64,000 bases of DNA from Tubulanus polymorphus (lineage: Eukaryota > Animalia > Nemertea), in NCBI RefSeq assembly GCF_964204645.1, contig NC_134028.1:24734345-24798344 (forward strand), in the 5' to 3' direction. The notes beneath the pieces were generated by a model. That model was not told the DNA's origin. It made no database searches and saw nothing but the letters and a program-made list of their open reading frames with translations. The stretch's first letter is position 1. Each line of letters starts with the position of its first letter. This document shows, one piece after another, positions 52,817-61,224 of the stretch. The position numbers and the translations under genes were made by a program.

Positions 52817-55800
52817 TCACGGGTAAAGTAACATAGCTACATCGTTCATACCGCTATCCCTCAGGGCCTTCTCCAGATTGATCGCATACGCGTGGTTTCC
52901 TTCACGATTTCGCCATGATTTCAACATGAAAAATGCCTGCAACAAAATCAGCATCGATTCATTAAAAAGACAATTTTTACAAGCCAGGAATACATCATCT
53001 TTCAGAGACCCATACAGAAGACTATTTTTCAACTGTGAGATGTTGGCTGAAAATATTTTCTGTCCATGGTATAATAATCCATATATAATAATAATAATCT
53101 ATTTCCACATGTCGTAAAGAGATACACAAAAAAATATACAAAATATGATGTTTTTATGTAATGTGGAGGAAATTAGATGAAGCCAACAAAGGCTTATAAA
53201 TATTTTCCGTCGAATCAGATGTTGCTTTCGCGTCTCTCACAAATTTTTCATGGACCAAAAAGATCTGACTTGAAAGCAGAGTCTATTGTACGTAAACGCG
53301 TAATTCTATGAATAATCAAATGAGCCCAAACAGTCTAAGTATAAAACGCGTTTAGTTTGAGCGTGGACACTAAACCAAATGGCAATATATGTTTAAGGGG
53401 ATGTTTAATCCATTGGAAATGGTTCTGGAATGTTGCCTTTGTCAACATATAATAAGGATCCAGTTCTACAATGAAAAGTTCAACTCTAAAATCGATTTAT
53501 GCAAAACGGTAATGACTATCAATAATCAATTTTTATGAGAATGGTTCAAAGATTAGAAATTTTCTTGTACTCAGCATTTACAAATACTTACAGTGTCTTT
53601 ATGATCAGGAAACCGAAGTTCAAATTCGTTGATATCTGTTGATGTAAATCCCAGTTTATTTGCTACTAGATACCAGTCTCTTCTATAGATCTTTCCAGCT
53701 ATTTCGTTCAGTTTGTAATCGGTCGGGATTTGTCTTGAAAACTCGGGTTCTGGACTTTGGCGTTTCTGCATTTAGAAATCTTAGAATTTACACTCATTTA
53801 GTATAGATTTGGTACATTATTTCTGCTAGCTCTAGTTCGACAATTACAGCCAAGAGCTGTATTATCCCCCCTCCCCCCATTAAAACACAAAATCCCGCAG
53901 TAGGTGAACAGAGAAATTTCTTCGTTGTTCTTACATGCTGTGATTTTTTAAATCCTGTAATATCAGGTCCAGATGAAAGTTCTTTAATGTCGGCGGGAAT
54001 GATCTCGAAATTGAATATTTCCGCTTTAGCGTCTGGTGGTATATTCCGCGCCCACTTCACAAAATCAACTTCTTCAATTACACCTACAACAACAGGAATA
54101 GAAATAAAATACAAATCTGAAGAATGAAGGGGAACACATTTTCGTTAATGACTCCGTATGTACATAATACTTCGCGTGTAGTTGGTTTTCCAATAGCTAT
54201 TGCAAAATATATAAAAGTTCTACCTTTATTGTTGGGATCCATTTCTCGGAAGAAAACTTCTACTAAAACAGTCAGCGACTCCTTCAACAAAATATTAATA
54301 CATATATTTGAGATAATTAGTGTACAAAATAAAATGACGGGATTTAGTTTCAAATCCCTAATGAGATTCAGTTTAAAATTTTCATACTAGGTGAGTGTAA
54401 AGCTTTTCCTTGAAGACGGGAGATAAAATGGGGGATAAAATGGGGATAAAATGGAACTGTGCAGATGTGGAAGGTAAATTGTTCTAGAGGGCACGACACC
54501 TGCACAGACGCCTCAAGATAATTATTTTGAAAGAGAATATTTTCAGCACAAACAGAAATACCAGTACCTGTGAGTCGTCAGGGTAGATCTTTGCTAATAC
54601 CTTCTGCAACAGGTCTTTCGATAAGGATTTCCCGTTATTCAACAAATGAAATAGAGCTGTCAGAAGAAGATAAATATCAACAATTTTATGCCAATAAAGA
54701 TAAACTCGTATTTTAGAAGGGAAATAATCAATAATCGTTTCAGTTTCAAAGGCTAATTACATTTTTATTGAAAATGAGATGTCATAATAGCAACTACTAA
54801 ACATAAATCGTCTTTGTGAAACAGGCCCATATATATTTTATCACCCTTTTTGAAAAATGTTCTTGCCTTTGATTTTGGTTTCCGTGTTTGTGGTTTCTAA
54901 CCACTGCATCGCCGTGCAGAATGATAGGAACGTCACATTTCCATCTTCACCTTTCATGTTTTTCGTGATCTAGAGGAAAAGTGTACAAGGCATACAATAT
55001 ACAACCCGCTTAACTCATCGAGTGCCACAGTTTTTACCATCAAGGCTTTTTGTAATCAACTTTTGAAAAATAATGCATATTATCAAGTTCTGATGTTGTT
55101 GAATATCAATGGAGTTAGTTGCATGAATATAGTCACTACCTTTGGATAAAACATCGATTTACTAAGATGGCCGCGTAGAATTGTTGACACTTACATTTCG
55201 AATGAAGACGTTATTATTAAGTTTCGGTTGTTGTAACATCGATGGTTCAAGTATTCCATACTCGTTACAACCGAGCTGTTGAAATCGAGTCCATAACCGT
55301 TCCACCTCGAGGATGCTTACTAAATATATAAAATAGAAAGTTGAGAGGAGCATTTTATTGCCTGCTGAAAATGAGCATGAACTCAATTGTTTGATTTAGG
55401 TAAGCAAGCTCTAGTCAGTAACCTGTTTGTGGTTTAGTTTCATGATTGGTTCACAAGCCTATCCGATCATATACAGACTTACCACCAACAATTAGGTAAC
55501 AAACTAAGCAAGCCTTGACTAGTCTGGGAGCAATATGGCAATATAGAAAGTTACGCAGAAAATTTTTTTGCAAGGAGCATAAACTGTTTCAATCGATTAA
55601 GCTCGGCAAGCTTAGATTATTCTTAAAGCAATATGACAATATATAGCAACTTTGTCACCCAGGTGAGGGAAGTTTGAATGCCTTTTCCTATACCAGACCT
55701 GTACATTTGTAATACTAATGTGGGTAAGGTTGCAGCCTATATGATGAGTACTAAAATCTACTGCCTGGTTGTTCGGGGACAGTAGGTGCGAAGAAAGTGA

Positions 55801-55911
55801 AAAGGACTTACATGCCGTTACTTCAGAATGAGTACTGATCCATTCAGCGTCATACGGCGTCACTTCAATGAAACCTCCTTCATCATGTAAATGACTCGAG
55901 TATGCCCCCAT
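52817..55911 (-). CDS. Uncharacterised ~305-aa protein: N-myristoylation motif, calcineurin-B/CHP-like EF-hand region, C-terminal death domain
   Basis: Exons 55911-55812, 55319-55195, 54969-54867 (GC donor), 54656-54568, 54281-54224, 54083-53935, 53765-53592, 52936-52817 give one open frame. MGAYSS; EVERLWTRFQQL; FREMDPNNKGVIEEVDFVKW; death-domain-like LNEIAGKIYRRDWYLVANKLGF..DI..FE..FMLKSWR..LEKALRDSGMNDVA. Confidence 0.75.
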
Positions 55912-56292
55912 TGAACTGGATTTTGAGCAGGAATGGTGAAGCAATTCGAAAGGATTGTAGGCCTACTTCAACTGCAATTCTAGTGGATTTTTGTTTTGTA
56001 AATTTTTGTTTGGCTCAACGACCTTGCAACACGAACTGCGCGCAGCAAAATTCTCTTTAACCGACAAATCAAATCTTCTTTATTGTTCAAGTGACGCGTG
56101 ATAAACATGAACTCATGATGAAATATGGCAATGAACTAAAGTGAACAGAAAGGCATAAATGTAAAACTTAAAAAGAAACAAAACTTACAGTTAACCAACA
56201 GTTGAGAAAGATTTACATCATTATTCTCAAGGTCGTTGAGACTTATTGACAGTAGTACCCGCCAAAATTAAATCCGTCACGCTTTAGGAAAC
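55912..56292. promoter_or_regulatory. Compact bidirectional promoter region (EF-hand/death-domain gene and M1AP)
   Basis: Divergent ATGs only ~380 bp apart; gtgacgcgtg element at ~56091. Confidence 0.5.
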
Positions 56293-59200
56293 ATGGAAAA
56301 AGAAACGACTCATCGCGTGGTGTTTGCTAGACAACCTGGTAGGCCGGTGTTTAGCACGAGATATGCGCCAAGAGAATGAACGGAGAGAGAAGGGCGCAGA
56401 CTCTGTAGCGTCTTTCACGTCTCGACTCCTGACCTCGATCAGCCGCCCTCCCGCTTCGCCTTCAAGTCCAGGCCGCGTGGTGGGGTGGGGCACGTGCGTC
56501 TTACGTTTTGTGGTTTACGTGGTTGTGTTCGTGGGTGGCTTTCTCTAGGGGTTCCCAGCCCATCCGATCACAAAAAACTAAATAATATGCATTCCCATCA
56601 GATTAAGGCTACAAAGACCTCTAACATAATTGCATGCAACTAATGAATGAAATGAAATTCTTGAATTGTGAGTGAACACAGTTCAGGCTTTCTCTCTAGC
56701 CTGACCCAGCGAGAACGCACGGTAGTAATTGAATTGTGTTGTTTATTTTCAGCGAGGATTTTCATGGTAGATCTAAACCACCCTTTCGACATGGACATGT
56801 GTCACTGTTTGAATCAGGCATTGGATTGTTTTATGAATTTAGTTTCCAGACTGGTCGGACCGAGTCGGGTGCCATTTTTCGGTTTGTGCGCTCTGACTGA
56901 CAAATGCCAGGTAAAAGGTCACCGAATCACATTTCAATCGCAACCCGATGGCAGTAATATAGCTTGATTCATTTTCAGAATAGAAGGATTCCTTTACACG
57001 CATAACTGCTAATTGCTCTTCATTTTCAGCATTTCGTTACTATTTTGTTCCAGGAAATACTGATTTAGTTTGACGCCACAAGCCTACAGAAATATGAAAT
57101 AAGTTACTGGGGGCCTTAACTTAACATTCATTACTGATTTGATTTAAATCGATTACAAATGAACTGAATTGACGAAGAAATTAAACCGATTTAAAATTTA
57201 AACCTTTTTGTGAAACTGGGCCCGTAGGCTTTCATTGGCAATCTATGATTCTTTGATCTATTTTTCGTGGCCAGGCTCCAAGATCAATTTGATGAACAAT
57301 TTAATGAAACCATAGCGCTATCTTTCTGAATGTCCTTTTTCTGCCAAATTTCGTAGGTTTTATTTCCACTGCAATGCACAAAAGGTAACGTGAACAGCTT
57401 ACGAATGGCGCTCGGTGAGTTGCAGGCGATATGTAACAGCTATCATGGTGGTAGGCTTACCGGGAATAAAGACTTCAAAACGGACATCTACTTGCGAGAC
57501 GCGCTTCAAACTGCAACCGCCCAATATAAACAACAAAGCCAATCACTTATTCAGGTAGTCGGAAAAATCATCGTTACGTGTATTCGTACAGCGTCGGATC
57601 CAGGATTTCGGGTAGGGTTCACGCGGTAGCTTCTTCCCCAGAATACGTCTGAGGCGATTAGACGCGCTTAGCACGATCTCTACTTCGGGAAAACCAAACG
57701 CAAATGGGGTGGGTGCTTCACGTACTTACAGTGCCCCCTAAGATCCGCGGAAAATACTTGCTGGAAATAAGAAGGGCCTCGGAATGAATGAAGTTAAAAT
57801 CTGTAATACGCATGCACGTATGTTAGGAGCGAATCTAATTTATCTGTTATAGTCCAGTGGTTACTGGTGTCAATTAGAAGTATTTTTGGTGACGTGTCAA
57901 GACGGAATGAAGATCGCACGGCAAATTGAAAACGCGATACACACTGAAAACCTCGATGATTTAAAGGTAGCGAATTTTCGGCTAATTCTCGCAATTTCCC
58001 TTTCGCCATTTTCTCAGTTTCATAACCACGTTCCACACTACGCCACTTAGAACAATTTTGAATCCTTGACATTGATTCAATGCCCTTATTGAATAATCTT
58101 AATTTTGGAACTGGAACTTTAAAGGCAAAATATGAAATTTCCGGTGAAAAATAGAATTTAGAACTTAAATAATTGCGGAACTTGGATTTAAAAAGGGGTC
58201 GTCCACACCCCTTCCCTTCTAATGACGCCCATACATGTGTAGCTTTTGCCTTTGACTGCCTGTCAATCACAAAATTATATACATTGAAAATTGCTGTATA
58301 TCTTTATTTCTTTACTCATTTTCAGAAAGTGCAAATCATTCTATTGTCGAACCCGGAACACTTTGGATTCAATTTGCAATTGTCGGGCCTCAGCAACAGT
58401 CAATCTAGCGACTGTTCGATTACAACCAGCAGCGTCGATAGTATCGTTGACGTCACTAGAGTGAACGCGGATCCTCTGAGTTTCGATCAGTTTTTCAAGT
58501 CGTGGATGCGAGATGGTGGAACTGAAAAAGAGCACTTGCACATCATCATGCCTCCAGCAGCTCCAGGTTTATAAATATGATACAGCAGATTCCGCTCGAG
58601 TCGTGGACTATATTTGTCCGACTTAGTCTGATTTTGAAATCGGATATCGAAGAACAGATAGGCCTACAGTCGAGATATGGCCGTTCGAATTTTTCTTTTT
58701 TATCGTAGTGCTCAATTGGAAATTTCGTAAAATATCTTGTAGGTGGGCCAGACTTAGTAATTAAGTGTGATATACACGAAAGACTCGTAAATCCGGCTTT
58801 GCTTCCACATCCAACGTCTTACGTACGTAGATTGGTACACTACGCGCAACGTCATTGAGGTCATGACGAATTCCTCTAAATTCACGAAAATCGAATCATA
58901 AATCTTTGCTGTACGTCTCTTTTCAGTCGTTACACATCGACGCAGGACTTTGTCGTCCTGGTCTAGGTCTGGGTAACAAACAGGGTGGATTTACAGTGCC
59001 CGTGCATAGATTACGAGCAGTCAATCAGGTCCAGGGTGATCAGATGTGTGAGTCGGTATTGTTCGGGCTGGTAAGTATGCAACTAGAAGCATATAGGGGG
59101 AAAAGTGAAGATGATGAATAAATGATAAATAAAGATGTATTATGATAATCGATAAGCGATATATAATGATCCAATGTAGGATGCTTTACCGGTCTGTAGA

Positions 59201-60639
59201 TTAGACAATGTAGCTTACTTAGGAAATCTTGCGAAATGACCAATTAATGAATTTAATGACGTTTTTAAATTAGAATACGCTGTTATTTGCTTTTTCAGCC
59301 GTTGATTTTGAAACCTACGTCTTGTTGGAAACTCGACTGGGACGATCTGGATAGCAATCAACAGCATTTCCAAGCAATTTCTCAACTACTTCTAGAGAAA
59401 GTATGTGAACTAGGTGAAACCGAATGTCAGTTAGTCGGAACTATAGTCCGCAAATAGTGAACCACGTTACTGAGCACGGTCGCTGTGGTTCAGACCTAGT
59501 TTCAAGATGACTGATACCGCGTATGACCGAACTGATAGTGCCTTCGCATAAAAGTTCGGGCCACTAGTTACGAAATCTGAAGTTTACCAAGAACTCATTC
59601 AGTCTATGGTTTCCCTAAAAAGCGATGAGTTGACTTCAATTGTCTTTTTCAGAACAAGTTTTTGTTGTGTAAACTCGAAGATATGAACTCCTCTGCGCCT
59701 CATGGATATTTCATTATTTTGCCGTCAAATACATCGACTTTATTATTAAAATCAGTTGCCTCCTCGGAGTTGATGCTGCCCTGTACTAAACCGGTATTGG
59801 AAACTGTCTCAGCTGATGCGATGCAGAATATTTCAGATTCGCTGCATAATGCAAGTATTTAAAACGGATTTTATGTTCAACTAATGAATTTCTGATACGC
59901 TCCAACAAGCTCACGATCGGACAAGTAGGTTGGTACAAGCCTATCCGATTATAAAAGCTTACCACCAACGATTATTTAGACAGCTTCTAGGGAAATAAGT
60001 GAATAGGTTCTTACTGCCTTTAGATCAACATTTTGCATTATTCATAACAGGTTGAAACATTGACTGATTTTAACCCTTTGCTGTTGGATTCTGGATTGTA
60101 CGACATTCTCGCAAACTCCGCCAAAGAAAATATAGGACCGAAGCGGAAGCTAAACATTCAGGTGCGTGTTACTTGACTGAATGCTATGTACAGGGTCCGA
60201 TCTAAGCACTTGCCCGATTGCCCGGAACAAGTATATTCTCATCAGGGCAAGTAAGTTATCATTGACACTTGTCCCCCGGGCTAGTGCAATTTCATGTCAC
60301 AAAGCTTTTCTCCTAGTCGATACAACGGATGATTGTGCCACCAATCGGGACTGCCTGTATAGGGCAAGTAGCTTTTGGAGGGGGCAAGCGAAATTTCAGA
60401 TATGCTTGCCCCCCCCCCCCCCGGGCAAGTGGCTTTCATTCCTTAGATCGGACCCTGTATGTACTTTACTTAATGAATTCTCTTTTAGACTGACATTGAT
60501 TTTTTATTCATAGGAAAATAAGTATAATAGTGGACTAGGAGACTGTGTGCATGAGCAGCAGCAGAATCAGATCCGTAAAGGTTACTCACACGCTCCAGTG
60601 TTCAGGTCGGCGAAATCCTTATTTCCGACACGTCTGTAG
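56293..60639 (+). CDS. M1AP: Meiosis 1 associated (arrest) protein-like
   Basis: Exons 56293-56338, 56753-56910, 57357-57554, 57853-57966, 58326-58566, 58743-58822, 58927-59070, 59299-59400, 59653-59850 (GC donor), 60051-60161, 60514-60639. Motifs GPSRVPFFGL, KCDIHERLVNP, FGLPLILKPTSCWKLDWDDLDSNQQHF, LLLKSVASSELMLP, FNPL. AATAAA at 60831. Confidence 0.88.
60191..60457. mobile_element. Non-autonomous DNA transposon (CAGGG TIR, 6-bp TSD)
   Basis: TATGTA|CAGGGTCCGATCTAAG ... CTTAGATCGGACCCTG|TATGTA with internal gggcaagt repeats. Confidence 0.75.
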
Positions 60640-61049
60640 CCGAAAAATCGCGATGCGTCAAAGTTTCTCTATATGAATAATCTAACATCATAAAATATCT
60701 GTATATATGTTTTAGAAATGATAAACATACATGTATAATGGACTATATTATATGGTTCATATTATGTCGTTTTCATTCTTATCTTTAATCTATACAAGAA
60801 TTTATTGTTAGGTCGTTCGTCATTTCATTGAATAAATTATCATCAAGTTACGTTTATTGTTTTATCAGCGTGCGTCGTGCGTTCATTAATTGCTCGTTTC
60901 ACCACGCCTGCTGGTTTGTTGAAATGACGTCCATGGTGCAGCGATGTACACAGGTATGTACAAAGTTTAATTCGAGAAATGGACGATTGATAAACAACAA
61001 AAATTCATTTAGGGAAAAATCAACACGTAGCTAGGTTTCCATAAGCAAG

Positions 61050-61134
61050 TAATTGTCTAATTTAATTGAAGAACCACAATTACGAAGTGAAAAAAAGCTT
61101 CATCCCCAGAAGAAAAGAATGACGTTTCGACTCG
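61050..61134 (-). mobile_element. Truncated Penelope-like repeat fragment abutting the Rhs relic
   Basis: Minus strand GAGTC-GAAACGTC (hammerhead 3' half) ... cttcgtaattgtgg, the same arrangement as the 26470 copy. Confidence 0.4.
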
Positions 61135-61224
61135 ATTCCAAGAATTTCCGAAATAGCCCCCGACACCTCAGGTTAAAGCGCCACCAAGGGCACCTTGTTA
61201 GCTCCCCCCCCCCGCTAAGTACCC
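61135..61224 (-). pseudogene. Frameshifted relic of the Rhs Gly-rich C-terminal (pre-toxin) segment
   Basis: A shifted frame reads GYLAGGGS*QGALGGALT*GVGGYFGNSWN (stops at 61200-61198 and 61170-61168). Confidence 0.55.

Noticed and set aside
57794-58270. 158-aa minus-strand ORF
   Set aside because: Antisense shadow of an M1AP exon and intron.
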